This document shows, one piece after another, positions 1-9,193 of a stretch of DNA of 64,000 bases. Both the position numbers and the translations under genes were made by a program. The stretch is taken from the NCBI GenBank assembly GCA_963815455.1, contig CAWFGO010000001.1, positions 1,280,001-1,344,000 on the forward strand. The letters run 5' to 3'. The DNA comes from an uncultured Verrucomicrobiae bacterium (lineage in GTDB: Bacteria > Verrucomicrobiota > Verrucomicrobiia > Chthoniobacterales > UBA10450). Below the pieces are notes generated by a model. That model made no database searches. It saw only the letters and a list, made by a program, of their open reading frames with translations, and was not told the DNA's origin. How positions within the stretch are numbered: position 1 is the stretch's first letter; the number at the start of each line of letters is the position of its first letter.

Positions 1-299
1 GATCCCGCCCCGCCGATGACATAACCGCCCAAGGGAGCCGTTTCCGATATACCCAGGTTGAATGTCACGCCGCCCGCGCCGACGCCCTGTGCGTTCAGAT
101 CCGCAATGGCTGCCGCAAGCGTGGCGTAATCGCCGGGAATATTCTTTGTGCCGGTGAGCTGGGCCGACGCCAGATCGCTCAGCAGGAGCGAACAAAAAAG
201 AGCCGCGAAATAGATCGGGGCTCTTTGCGGAACGCGTTTTGTTAGGCGTGTGCGCGTGTTCGCGGCACAAGTCGTCTGAGGATTTGCTTTCGTTTTCAT
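1..299 (-). CDS. N-terminal part of a large secreted protein (continues beyond window start); paralog of 2791..6861
   Basis: Manual translation from ATG at 299: MKTKANPQ...IYFAALFCSLLLSDLASAQLTGTKNIPGDYATLAAAIADLNAQGVGAGGVTFNL. It has a signal-like hydrophobic stretch, and DYATLAAAIADLN matches DYATLADAFTAIN in 2791..6861. Not in the ORF track. Confidence 0.8.
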   Translation of the reverse strand, partial: MKTKANPQTTCAANTRTRLTKRVPQRAPIYFAALFCSLLLSDLASAQLTGTKNIPGDYATLAAAIADLNAQGVGAGGVTFNLGISETAPLGGYVIGGAG

Positions 300-369
300 G
301 CGGAAGAGGAGCCTTTCTAAGGCTAGTGCGGTCGCCCCGGACGCACCGATTGTGCGCGTCCGCAACGTG

Positions 370-500
370 GCGAGACGGAATGGATGGCTGCGGACTTCAG
401 ATACTGTTGGCTTAATACAGGCCGGATATTTTGGTTCCAGCCGGGTATCTGTTGTGAGGCTTTGCCCGTAAAAGGTCAAGACAAAAGCAGCCGACTAACA
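370..500 (-). promoter_or_regulatory. Conserved promoter/5' leader, copy 1 (TTGACC-N17-CACAAC, hairpin, ATCTGAAGTCC block)
   Basis: Colinear similarity to 6933..7072 upstream of the paralogous gene. Confidence 0.6.
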
Positions 501-532
501 AAGAAAAGGCGCAATAGAAATCTGTATTTCCC

Positions 533-551
533 TGTGGCGATTATCGCCACA
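533..551. promoter_or_regulatory. Perfect 19-bp palindrome TGTGGCGAT-T-ATCGCCACA, candidate operator
   Basis: 9-bp arms with a 1-nt centre, about 55 nt upstream of the putative -35 of the 1..299 gene. Confidence 0.4.
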
Positions 552-721
552 CGACGCCGCGTTGGAGCCTCGGCAAGGGCGGAATTTTCCAAGTTAGCAT
601 AGACCGCGGATTACGCGGATATCGCTGATGTTTACAGAAGGCAACCCTCCACGGCGGATAAACTGCGATAAATAAGGACTGGATTGTTCTGGAAAAAGCT
701 TCTCGACCGAGTGACGAGTCT

Positions 722-797
722 CGGAGGGACGTGCTTCCTCACGTCCAGGACGCGCAGAAGCGCGTCCCTCCAAGCCCTCAACTCTCAACTCTCAGCT
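722..797. repeat. REP-like double hairpin (GGAGGGACGTG...CGCGTCCCTCC) followed by CTCAACT heptamer repeats
   Basis: Terminal inverted repeat and two internal hairpins; related copies at 2628 and 7325. Confidence 0.75.
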
Positions 798-1456
798 CGC
801 GCTGGGGCCGAATGGACCCAGGCAATCGCATACTGCAGCAGCGCAGCCGCGTCCGGAAGTTTCAGTTTCTCTTTGACCCGCGCCCGATAGGTGTCGACCG
901 TGCTCGCGTCGATCCCCATCTCATCGGCAATCTGACGCGAATTGAACCCGCGCCCGATCAACCCGAACACCTGCAGTTCGCGATCAGTCAGAGATTCGAC
1001 CCCCGCGACGGTTTCACCCGGCCTCGAATGGACGATCCGCGCCGCGAGTCGCTGGGCCAGCGTCGGACTCAAGTACATCTCACCCGCAAGCACCGATCGA
1101 ATTGCCGTGACAATCATCTTGCTCGCTTCCTGCTTGTTCACGTAACCCAGCGCCCCGGCCTGAATCGCGCGCTCGGCCCAGACCGTTTCATCGAACATGC
1201 TAAGGACCAACACGGCCACGCCCCTGAAGGCTGACCGGATTTGCTTTATTAAATCCAGACCGCTGGAGTGTTTTAACCCAAGATCGACAATGGCCAGATC
1301 GGGCCTGGTCGAGCCGATCAATTCCAGCGCTTGAGGCGCATCGTCGGCCTGACCGCATACCGCCAGATCCTGTTCCTCGGCGATGAGCTCGGCCAATCGC
1401 TCGCGCACGACCGGATGATCGTCCACAAGGATAATTCGCGCCGGTTGTTGTTTCAC
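785..1456 (-). CDS. NarL/FixJ-family response regulator (REC + LuxR HTH)
   Basis: ILVDDHPVVR, DLAIVDL, GYVNK; LTDRELQVF...TVDTYRARVKEKL. Confidence 0.95.
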   Translation of the reverse strand: MKQQPARIILVDDHPVVRERLAELIAEEQDLAVCGQADDAPQALELIGSTRPDLAIVDLGLKHSSGLDLIKQIRSAFRGVAVLVLSMFDETVWAERAIQAGALGYVNKQEASKMIVTAIRSVLAGEMYLSPTLAQRLAARIVHSRPGETVAGVESLTDRELQVFGLIGRGFNSRQIADEMGIDASTVDTYRARVKEKLKLPDAAALLQYAIAWVHSAPARAES

Positions 1457-2517
1457 AGGGATTTTGCGCCGTTGTGTTGATCCAACTCAACCATGATCAG
1501 AGTGCCGCTTCCGGGAGCCCGGCGACCAATGGTGAGTGTACCGCCGATGCAGCGAGCCCGATAATCCATGATTTGTAATCCCATGCCGCTCCGCCTTTGC
1601 GACGGCTGAGGAATTCCGATGCCGTCGTCGGCGATCGTCAGCTTTAACTCTCCGTTACGTTCCCGTAGCGTCATAATAATCTCTCTGGCATGCCCGTGTT
1701 TAACCGCATTGTTGGCGGCTTCTTGAGCGATCCGGTACAAGTGAATGGCGATGCCCGGGTCGATCGCGCTCGCTGGTCCATCGTAAACGACACGGCATTC
1801 GATCTTGAACGAGTCGCTCATCAGCTGACAGAGCTCCTCCAAGGACCGGCATAAGCCTTCGGCCCGGAGTGTCGCCGGGAACAAACCGCGGGCCACGTTG
1901 CGGACTTCTGTTAAAGCTCGATCGACGAGGCCGGTGATCTCGCGGGCCTGGACTGCTTGCGGGAGCGATTCCTGCTCAAGGCGGCGGGCAAGCAAATCGA
2001 GACTGCAGGCTATGCCGACAAGATCCTGCGCTACTTCGTCATGCAGGTCCTGGCCAAGCCGCTCGCGCTCCGATTCGCTGATGTTAATGATGTCGTGCTC
2101 GAGTCGCTGGCGAACGGTAATTTCGCTCGTTAATGCGGCGCTCTGCTCGCGAACAGTTCCTTCCAGGTTCGAGGTCAAGGCTCGGATCTTCGAAAGCAAC
2201 AGACTAACGATCACAAAGAATCCCAGGCGCACCAGGGCGTTCCAATATTCAATCCAGGGTTGCGAATAACGCACTCCTTGTAACCGTTCCAGAGCGAACC
2301 AGACGATGGCGCTCAGAATCGAAACCCAAATGCCGCAGACCCGGCCTCCGAACCAGGCCGCCAGTCCTACAGCGGCAAGATATGAGATGGAAAAGGATAT
2401 CTCGGTGCCGGTGAAATAATCGAGGCCGGCTATGCCGGCCAGGACCATCAGCGCTAGGGCGAGTGCGCCAAAGGTGCTTCCCGGCCTCAGATAATTGACG
2501 ATCGTTGCGCGAATCAT
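1453..2517 (-). CDS. Membrane sensor histidine kinase (HisKA_3 + HATPase)
   Basis: N-terminal TM helices; ERERLGQDLHDEVAQ H-box; EAANNAVKH, DDGIG, GMGLQIM; overlaps the regulator start. Confidence 0.95.
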   Translation of the reverse strand: MIRATIVNYLRPGSTFGALALALMVLAGIAGLDYFTGTEISFSISYLAAVGLAAWFGGRVCGIWVSILSAIVWFALERLQGVRYSQPWIEYWNALVRLGFFVIVSLLLSKIRALTSNLEGTVREQSAALTSEITVRQRLEHDIINISESERERLGQDLHDEVAQDLVGIACSLDLLARRLEQESLPQAVQAREITGLVDRALTEVRNVARGLFPATLRAEGLCRSLEELCQLMSDSFKIECRVVYDGPASAIDPGIAIHLYRIAQEAANNAVKHGHAREIIMTLRERNGELKLTIADDGIGIPQPSQRRSGMGLQIMDYRARCIGGTLTIGRRAPGSGTLIMVELDQHNGAKSL

Positions 2518-2627
2518 CGCTCGTTACGAGCTCCCCCGGGGCAAGTGGTGTCCCCCGCTGCCGTGAGCGATTTCACGCTCGCGCAGTAGTTCCGTCAAGC
2601 CGGAATCTCGCGGTTTTCAACCCTCAA

Positions 2628-2712
2628 CGGAGGGACGTGCCTCGTAGGGAGGTGATTCCTCACGTCCGGGACGCACATTCTTCGTCTTGCGGCCGACACG
2701 GCCGCCTCTACA
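2628..2712. repeat. Composite REP-like element
   Basis: CGGAGGGACGTG...CACGTCC plus CATTCTTCGTCT.GCGGCCGACA.GGCCGCCTCTACA, shared with 7325..7476 and 24748..24772. Confidence 0.7.
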
Positions 2713-2729
2713 TCGAACATCAAATGGCG

Positions 2730-2778
2730 AAAAGAGCATTCCCGCAGCCAGGGACCCAGCCATCCCCGGCCACGGGAA
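2730..2778 (-). terminator. Probable intrinsic terminator of 2791..6861
   Basis: About 16-bp stem (TTCCCGTGGCCGGGGA/TCCCTGGCTGCGGGAA, with G-U pairs) followed by GCTCTTTT on the minus strand, just after the stop. Confidence 0.6.
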
Positions 2779-2790
2779 CAACATCCGTTG

Positions 2791-5700
2791 TTAGGGAGGG
2801 CTCTGCGATTTCACCAGCGACACATCGGCGCTGCTGATCGAGCCGTTCACGTTCACATCGCTCCGGAAGGTTGTGCCATCCACCGTTTGGCCAAGTCGCG
2901 ATTTGGTCTGGGTGATATCGGACGAATCGACCTGGGTATCTCCATTGGTATCGCCAAGGAGCACGCGCATTGGAATCGTGACATCGTTCGAAACGCCAGC
3001 GCTGGGCGTGTTCACCCCGTTTAGCCTGACATTTATGACCTGGGCATTAGTAACATTGGTGAGCGGTATCGTGACCGTGTTTCCGCTAATGGAAACCGTT
3101 CCGCTCATGTCGCAGGTTCCGCCGGTACCGACGCAGCCTGTGCCCGCCGTCAGTTCAGCTTGAGGAGTGCCGGTGATCGCGACCGGTCCATCGAACGTGA
3201 CGACGATGGTGTGATCGTTCGTCAGGCCGCCCGAGCGGCATTCGATGCCGGGGCTTCCGGTCAACGGGAGATCGACGTTGAAGGTCCCAGCGCCGCCATG
3301 GGTCTTGGCTGAGACAGCACTTACAACCATGGGCGGTGTCGGGGTAGGCGTCGGGCAAGGCAGCGTGCTTTGACCCGTAACCAAAATATCGTCAACCGCC
3401 CAGTACCAATCCCAGCCCGATTGATACCGGAAGCGAACCATTAAGTTCGGCTGGCCCGCGTATGCATTGAGATTAATCGATGCGTTGGCGAAGGCGGCGG
3501 CCGATCCGACAGTCGCAGTATTGTAGGTTTGAACTGTAGTCCAGGTTGTGCCGCCATCAGTCGAAATGCCCACAGTCGCCACCGTGGTCGCGAGCCACCT
3601 CAGGTAATGCTTAAAGGTGAGCGTCACGCTGCTATATCCGGCTGCGCTGAAGGAAGGTGAAATCAGGCTCGTATCTCCAGTTACGCCACTGCCAGCCATG
3701 TCCGAATTGGCCATGATGAACATGGTGCCCGAATTACCAGTGAATGTATCGGTGCTATAGACGTACCCGGTGGGCCGGAGTGTCCAAATTACCAAACTCG
3801 GATTCGTGCCGCCGACGGAATTGTTGACTGCCGTCCATGAGCCGAAGCCGCCCTCTAAGTCCTGGCTCAAGAGAGTATCAAGCGATCCGGGTTGTCCGAC
3901 GACGCTAATGGAAGCCGAGGCCATGCCGCTACCCGCCCCGGGGCAGCCATTGGTGATGCTAAATGAGGCCGTGTTGTTCAACGTCGAGCCGCACGTATCA
4001 ACCGTTGTCGCACTAACGACGTGTGCCTGCGTCATGGCATTACCAGCAAGGGTGCTGGGGCTGTATTGCAAGCTCTGGCTCGGCGGAGCGCCAACAACGG
4101 ACCAGCCGGGATCGGTCGCGCCGGCATCGATCATCCAGTCAACTCCGGGTGCGGCCGGCAAGTTGTCCGACACCGCGAGCCCCAAGGCGGTGTTCGCGGT
4201 CGTATTAGTGAGCTTCACAACAAATCCGACCTGGTTGCCGTAATTGACCGTCGCTGCATCGGCGAGCTTGCTGATGGTGACGCTGGCAATAGCCGGTCCG
4301 CCGTAGGAGGTCTGCTCGTCTGCGCCAATGTCAGGCGTGCACGGCTGGCGCATGTCGTTATCAAAGTCGGTGGTGATGCCGGTGATCGGCGTAGCCATGG
4401 CGATGCAGGGGCTGCCTGGCATGAGGTGCAGATTGACCATCGTCGCGTCTCCGTTCGCATTAACAAACAACGAATCAGTGGATATGCTGTTCGCATCCTG
4501 CCCGCTGGCCGTTTGCCAATTGGCGAGGGTAGTTTGATCGATTCCGCCGATTAAGCCGACAAAACCGCCGGTTCCAGACGCATACAGGTCATTATAATTG
4601 GAAGTGAACCCGGGGCCGCTCAGCGCGATGGCGTAATGCTTGCCGGTTCCAACGCCGTTGCTGCGGGCGTTCCAAAAGATATTGTCGATGTACGAGCGAG
4701 CGCCGGAAGTCACGTTGCTGACAAAGCCGAACGTGTTGCTGGCATCCGCCACGCCGGTGCCGCCGAGATAAACGCTGTTAAAATACAGATTATTGGCTCC
4801 GGCAATCTCAAACATTCCATAAATCTGGTAGCCGGTCGAAATCGAGTTCCCCGCTGCATCAATGCCCAAACTAACCATGTTGTTCTTATAAGTGCCCGTG
4901 CCCGCTACCGGAAGAATGCCGACCAACTGACACGTTGTCGCAGTCGAGGTGATCGAGAGCGAATGCACAAAATTCCGTTCGACCACGTTCGCCGTGGCCG
5001 ACGGGAAGCTGCCGTAAAGCGCATAAATAGAATTACTGGCGGTGCCCGAGTTGTTGCTGAGAGAATGAATGACGTTTTGTGAAATGATATTTGGGCCACC
5101 CGTGGTTGACGTTGAGCTCAAGATCATACCGCTGACGACGATCGTGCTGGCCAGATTGGAATTACCCGAAATATTTTGGATGGTATTTCCGGTTGCGTGC
5201 AAGACTCCCAGGCTATTCTGAACGGCATACATGGCATAACCCCCAACCAGAGAATCGGTGATACCACCGGCCCCGCTCCCTCCTATCTGGTTGTTGTTAA
5301 GCGTGGCGGTGGCAGCTGAAGATGTATTGAACAAAACCGCTCTGAACCCTCCGGTCCCTGTCCCCGTCCCGTTGATCGTTATCGCTCCGATCCTGTTATT
5401 CGAAATCGTATTCGAGCTTGAGGTAAAGTCGTAGATCGCGGTCATCCCGCCGGTCGAGCTCTCTGTGAAGGTAATCGTTGATGACCCGTCCAGGCTCCCG
5501 ATTTGGTTGCCGGTGATGTTCCCGACGTCCCATCGGCCTGCCGCGATGTAGATGCCACGGAATGCTGATCCGCTGCCGGTTCCTGTGCTGGCCGTGCTCT
5601 GGACGATCCCCGAAATCGTATTGTTCTGAATACTCGACCCCGTTACCGTGCTGGAGCTGGTCAGATTCAACCCAACGAATATGTTGGAGCCGCCACTGAT

Positions 5701-6861
5701 CGATGTGGTTCCGGTCCCGTTGGCCGCACCGAAGCCGATTGTATTTCCGGTAATGGTAGCGGTCCCGGCTCCGGTCCCAATTGAGCAAAGGATGCCGGAA
5801 TAAGTCGCACTCACCGTGAAGGTGCGCGGCGCGGTCTGGTAAATTCGGTTATTGGAGACGGTCGCGTTCGTCGTGTTGGCCTGGAGGCTGATACCCGCCG
5901 CGGTACTGACCGCCGCCTGGAAGAAGTCAAAGATATTATTGTTATCGATGATATTGCCGGTGTTGTTGTTCGGGCTGGCCGTTCCAAGCGACATCACACC
6001 TTTGGTCGGCAGATTGGCGCCGGCCGGACCGATGTTGTTATTCGAAATCGTGTTGCTGCTATTGGCCCCACCCGTCGAGGTGCTGATCAGGATGTTGCCG
6101 CCTGCCACGGTAGTTGACGCCGTTGACGAACCGAGCACGGAGCAGTTCGTGATCGTATTGTTTTGTGCGCCGTTGATGAGGCGGATTGTGCTGGTGCCGG
6201 CGGTGGCCGCAACCGTCGTGTTCGAAATCGTCAAGGAATTGCCGCCCGTGTTTAAGCCGTCGATCGTGACGTTGGTCGCGCCATTCAGATTGATCAACGG
6301 ACTGCCGGCTGTAACCGCGGCGGAGACTGTCCTCGCGCCCGATGGCGTGATCGTAACCGACGTGTACCCACCCGCCCCGGTCAAAGACGCCCCGCCTACC
6401 GGCTCAGTGGTGTCGTTACAGATGCCGATCATGACGGTGCCGGTGTGCGTTCCGGCATTAATCGCGGTAAAAGCGTCTGCGAGCGTGGCGTAATCGGCAT
6501 CGTTGCCGCTGTTGGTCGCTTCCACCCGCACGTTGCCGGCGCCGCAGGTCACCACTCTCGGCGTCCGCGGAGCATCAGACAGGCGCTTGATTGCCGCGTT
6601 CGCGCTGGCTTGAAATGCGGGTTGTTGACCGGCGACCGCGGAAGCTTTTTGCGCCTCCATTTCCGCAGCCTCTTTGGCAACTTGAGTCGCTTTGGCAGTA
6701 GCATCAATCACTGGAGCCATCGCGGGCGCATTGATTGGATGTATCGCCGGCTTCGCCTTAGCGGTCGCGTACACGGTGACAAACGATGCGGCAAGCAATG
6801 CCACGATGGCAACACTGCTGAGCATTAGTTTCAGATTTGGCTGTAGGAACTTTGTTTTCAT
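2791..6861 (-). CDS. 1356-aa secreted protein: beta-helix-like region, DUF11-like Ig domain, adhesin-like beta-sandwich, PT linker, C-terminal dockerin-like tail
   Basis: Signal peptide; N/T/G/S-rich ITGNTI-type repeats; VTISKLADAATVNYGNQVGFVVKLTN; WAVDDI; PTPTPTP; GDTNGDTQVDSSD...SDVNVNGSISSAD. Confidence 0.85.
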   Translation of the reverse strand: MKTKFLQPNLKLMLSSVAIVALLAASFVTVYATAKAKPAIHPINAPAMAPVIDATAKATQVAKEAAEMEAQKASAVAGQQPAFQASANAAIKRLSDAPRTPRVVTCGAGNVRVEATNSGNDADYATLADAFTAINAGTHTGTVMIGICNDTTEPVGGASLTGAGGYTSVTITPSGARTVSAAVTAGSPLINLNGATNVTIDGLNTGGNSLTISNTTVAATAGTSTIRLINGAQNNTITNCSVLGSSTASTTVAGGNILISTSTGGANSSNTISNNNIGPAGANLPTKGVMSLGTASPNNNTGNIIDNNNIFDFFQAAVSTAAGISLQANTTNATVSNNRIYQTAPRTFTVSATYSGILCSIGTGAGTATITGNTIGFGAANGTGTTSISGGSNIFVGLNLTSSSTVTGSSIQNNTISGIVQSTASTGTGSGSAFRGIYIAAGRWDVGNITGNQIGSLDGSSTITFTESSTGGMTAIYDFTSSSNTISNNRIGAITINGTGTGTGGFRAVLFNTSSAATATLNNNQIGGSGAGGITDSLVGGYAMYAVQNSLGVLHATGNTIQNISGNSNLASTIVVSGMILSSTSTTGGPNIISQNVIHSLSNNSGTASNSIYALYGSFPSATANVVERNFVHSLSITSTATTCQLVGILPVAGTGTYKNNMVSLGIDAAGNSISTGYQIYGMFEIAGANNLYFNSVYLGGTGVADASNTFGFVSNVTSGARSYIDNIFWNARSNGVGTGKHYAIALSGPGFTSNYNDLYASGTGGFVGLIGGIDQTTLANWQTASGQDANSISTDSLFVNANGDATMVNLHLMPGSPCIAMATPITGITTDFDNDMRQPCTPDIGADEQTSYGGPAIASVTISKLADAATVNYGNQVGFVVKLTNTTANTALGLAVSDNLPAAPGVDWMIDAGATDPGWSVVGAPPSQSLQYSPSTLAGNAMTQAHVVSATTVDTCGSTLNNTASFSITNGCPGAGSGMASASISVVGQPGSLDTLLSQDLEGGFGSWTAVNNSVGGTNPSLVIWTLRPTGYVYSTDTFTGNSGTMFIMANSDMAGSGVTGDTSLISPSFSAAGYSSVTLTFKHYLRWLATTVATVGISTDGGTTWTTVQTYNTATVGSAAAFANASINLNAYAGQPNLMVRFRYQSGWDWYWAVDDILVTGQSTLPCPTPTPTPPMVVSAVSAKTHGGAGTFNVDLPLTGSPGIECRSGGLTNDHTIVVTFDGPVAITGTPQAELTAGTGCVGTGGTCDMSGTVSISGNTVTIPLTNVTNAQVINVRLNGVNTPSAGVSNDVTIPMRVLLGDTNGDTQVDSSDITQTKSRLGQTVDGTTFRSDVNVNGSISSADVSLVKSQSPP

Positions 6862-6932
6862 AGACGAGGTCTCTCTAACTTTCTAAGACAGGAGGGTTTG
6901 CCGCAGGCACGTCAATTCAGCGCGCCCAAGCA

Positions 6933-7072
6933 GCGATACGCAATGGAGGATTGAGGACTTCAGATGCTTTATTCGGATTAAACAGGCAGAAAGAAATCTC
7001 TCTGCCCGGCGCACGTTTGTGGGCTGTTTTGCCTTTAAATGTCAAGACAAATGCGCTCGCTATGACTAACAA
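6933..7072 (-). promoter_or_regulatory. Conserved promoter/5' leader, copy 2 (TTGACA-N18-CACAAA, hairpin, ATCTGAAGTCC block)
   Basis: Colinear similarity to 370..500. Confidence 0.6.
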
Positions 7073-7246
7073 CTTTTGTGGTCTCAAAAGAGCGCTGACC
7101 GAGCGATCCGGCACCGGGCTGGGTGGTAAGACCTTCGTTACCTCCTGTTTAGAAACTCCGTTCATCTGCTAATTCTGTCTGGATATCTCCAAGGAAAGCA
7201 GGAATAGACCGGAAAATAGGACTGGCTGAGCATGCCCCTAGCGCCC

Positions 7247-7476
7247 AACTCTCAACTCTCAACCTTCAACTTCTTCCTACAGAAGAATGCCGCGGATGAC
7301 GCAGATGTCGCCGATTACACCACTCGGAGGGACGTGATTCTTCACGTCCAGGACGCGACCACTACGGCAGTTAGACTTCAGCGCATCCCTCCGAACCTCA
7401 AACATCCGACGTGGTGTAGTGGTGGGCGTGCCGCCCATACATTCTTCGTCTCGCGGCCGACATGGCCGCCTCTACA
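7247..7476. repeat. Cluster of heptamer repeats and REP-like elements
   Basis: CAACTCT repeats at 7247; CCGCGGATGACGCAGAT at ~7290; GGAGGGACGTG element at 7325..7393; TGTAG...CTACA element at 7415..7476. Confidence 0.7.
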
Positions 7477-7484
7477 TCAACGCC

Positions 7485-8276
7485 TCAATCAGCCAGACCA
7501 ATCGCGCTGCCGATGTTATCGTCGTCAGTCAGTTGCTTGAGCATAAAATCCGCGACGTCACCCCGCGAGATCCGTCCGCCAAGAATGAAATTTCCGACAT
7601 TCGAACCGTGTCGGTAGGTGCCGCGCGCAGGACCGTTCGTTAGCGTAGCTGGTCTCACGATTACCCAATCGGTATCGCTTTCCTCGATCAGTTTTTCCTG
7701 CCGGACTTTGTCCCAGAAAATGAAGGGCAGAATCAACGGAACCACGAAGAACGTAGCCAGGATTCCCAGGCGGCCAGCGCTGTTTCCGACGCCCATCGAA
7801 CTCTCGCATATCAAACGCGGCACATTGCACACCCGCATCGCCCGCAGAATGTTCTCGGTCCCTTTCGACAAAATTCGGGTGGGATAAAAAAAGCGTTTGT
7901 GTCCAAGCGCGCACAGCACTGCGCTCTGGCCGCGCATGGCTGATTCCACCGACGCATAGTCGAGCACGTTGCCTTGGGCAACTCTCAGATTCGGGTGCTC
8001 GACCTTGAGTTTTTTTGGCTTGCGCACGAATGCCGTTACCTGATGGCCCTGCTCCAAAGCCTGGCGCACAAGTTCGCGCCCAGTCCCGCCAGTTGCGCCA
8101 ATTACCAAAACGCTCAAACGGTTGCCCCAGCCACGCGAAACCGCCTTATCGCTTTTGCGCTTCGGCGCCCTGCGGGCCAGCGCGATCAACAGAATAAAGG
8201 CGTATAACAAAAATACTGCCAGGATTACGCCCTTCACGGCCCAAGAAACATTAGTGCCGATCAAACACAGATTCAT
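7485..8276 (-). CDS. NAD(P)H-binding atypical SDR (flavin reductase-like) with N-terminal TM anchor
   Basis: VLVIGATGGTG; DWVIVRP; ISRGDVADFML. Confidence 0.9.
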   Translation of the reverse strand: MNLCLIGTNVSWAVKGVILAVFLLYAFILLIALARRAPKRKSDKAVSRGWGNRLSVLVIGATGGTGRELVRQALEQGHQVTAFVRKPKKLKVEHPNLRVAQGNVLDYASVESAMRGQSAVLCALGHKRFFYPTRILSKGTENILRAMRVCNVPRLICESSMGVGNSAGRLGILATFFVVPLILPFIFWDKVRQEKLIEESDTDWVIVRPATLTNGPARGTYRHGSNVGNFILGGRISRGDVADFMLKQLTDDDNIGSAIGLAD

Positions 8277-8357
8277 TTTCTTCGGTGCTCACGCTCGCGC
8301 GCGCGCGCGTAATCGCAAGCCATACTCAATACGCTGGCACTGTGACGGAGCACTCAA

Positions 8358-9029
8358 CTACCTGTCGCCCGCCGCAGCATACTTTGGGTCTTTCACCTGT
8401 TTGCGCACTGCTTCGAAGAGCCGGCTGATTCCCGTCTGGCTTGCGCGATTGGCAATGAACGCTGGAATCATTCCACCGCTATCGGTGTAAACAGAGTAGC
8501 TCGCCCGAGTCTTGAGTGGGCCATCCGGCTCGAGCAGCCAGCTGCCGTCGCAAACCTTGACCCGTACAACGCCTTCCTTTTCCGGCGGCCCGAGGTCATT
8601 GGCTTGCGCCCATCGGCTCATGAAAACCATACCGCCCGGACCAGGCCACGATTTGTTCCAAACCCGCAGTGTGTAATCGCGATCTGCGCAAATCTTGGGC
8701 GAAATTCGTTGATAACTGACGATGGCATCCCGTTCGCGTTTAATCAGCCGGCACTCGACAGTGTACGGCATAAAATCTGGATAATTTGTGAAGTCGTCGA
8801 TCACTGCGTGCACAGCGCAGGTTGGTGCGTCAACTGAGCCAATGGCCTTGAATTCCTTAAGCGGAGAACCCGCTCGCCGCCGGACGTAAATGGCGACCTG
8901 CTTCGTTTCGTGTGCCAGCTTCCAGCCGTCGTTCGGATCTACGTTGGTAAGGTCATCCCCGGACGCTTTCGGGATCGTGCCGGCAAGGAGTAAGATCGGC
9001 AGGAACAGACAAAAAATCGGGCGGCGCAC
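8358..9029 (-). CDS. Exported START/SRPBCC-domain protein
   Basis: GWKLAHE, SPLKEFKAIG, DRDYTL, TDSGGMIPAFIAN; GTG start at 9029 gives a signal peptide. Confidence 0.8.
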   Translation of the reverse strand: MRRPIFCLFLPILLLAGTIPKASGDDLTNVDPNDGWKLAHETKQVAIYVRRRAGSPLKEFKAIGSVDAPTCAVHAVIDDFTNYPDFMPYTVECRLIKRERDAIVSYQRISPKICADRDYTLRVWNKSWPGPGGMVFMSRWAQANDLGPPEKEGVVRVKVCDGSWLLEPDGPLKTRASYSVYTDSGGMIPAFIANRASQTGISRLFEAVRKQVKDPKYAAAGDR

Positions 9030-9078
9030 CGCGGAGTATAAGCAATTTTTGCGCTTATCGCCACCGTCGTCCGCACAG

Positions 9079-9151
9079 TTAACTCCAGAGATCACTAAGA
9101 ATATGGAAAAACCCTTTAAAACTCTGTGCACTCTGTGTCCTCTGCGGTTAA
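9079..9151. repeat. ACCACAGAG/CTCTGTG-type imperfect inverted repeat
   Basis: CAGAGATCAC...CTCTGTGCACTCTGTGTCCTCTGCGGTT; similar to 13800..13857. Confidence 0.6.
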
Positions 9152-9193
9152 AGATTACGGGACGTTATGTCGCTCCTCAAACTCAAACTCTAA

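Noticed and set aside
415..470. c-di-GMP-I riboswitch (GGCAAA and TCCGGCCT resemble its motifs)
   Set aside because: No GAAA-capped P2 or GACGCAAA receptor in the right order, and GGCAAA falls in the promoter spacer.
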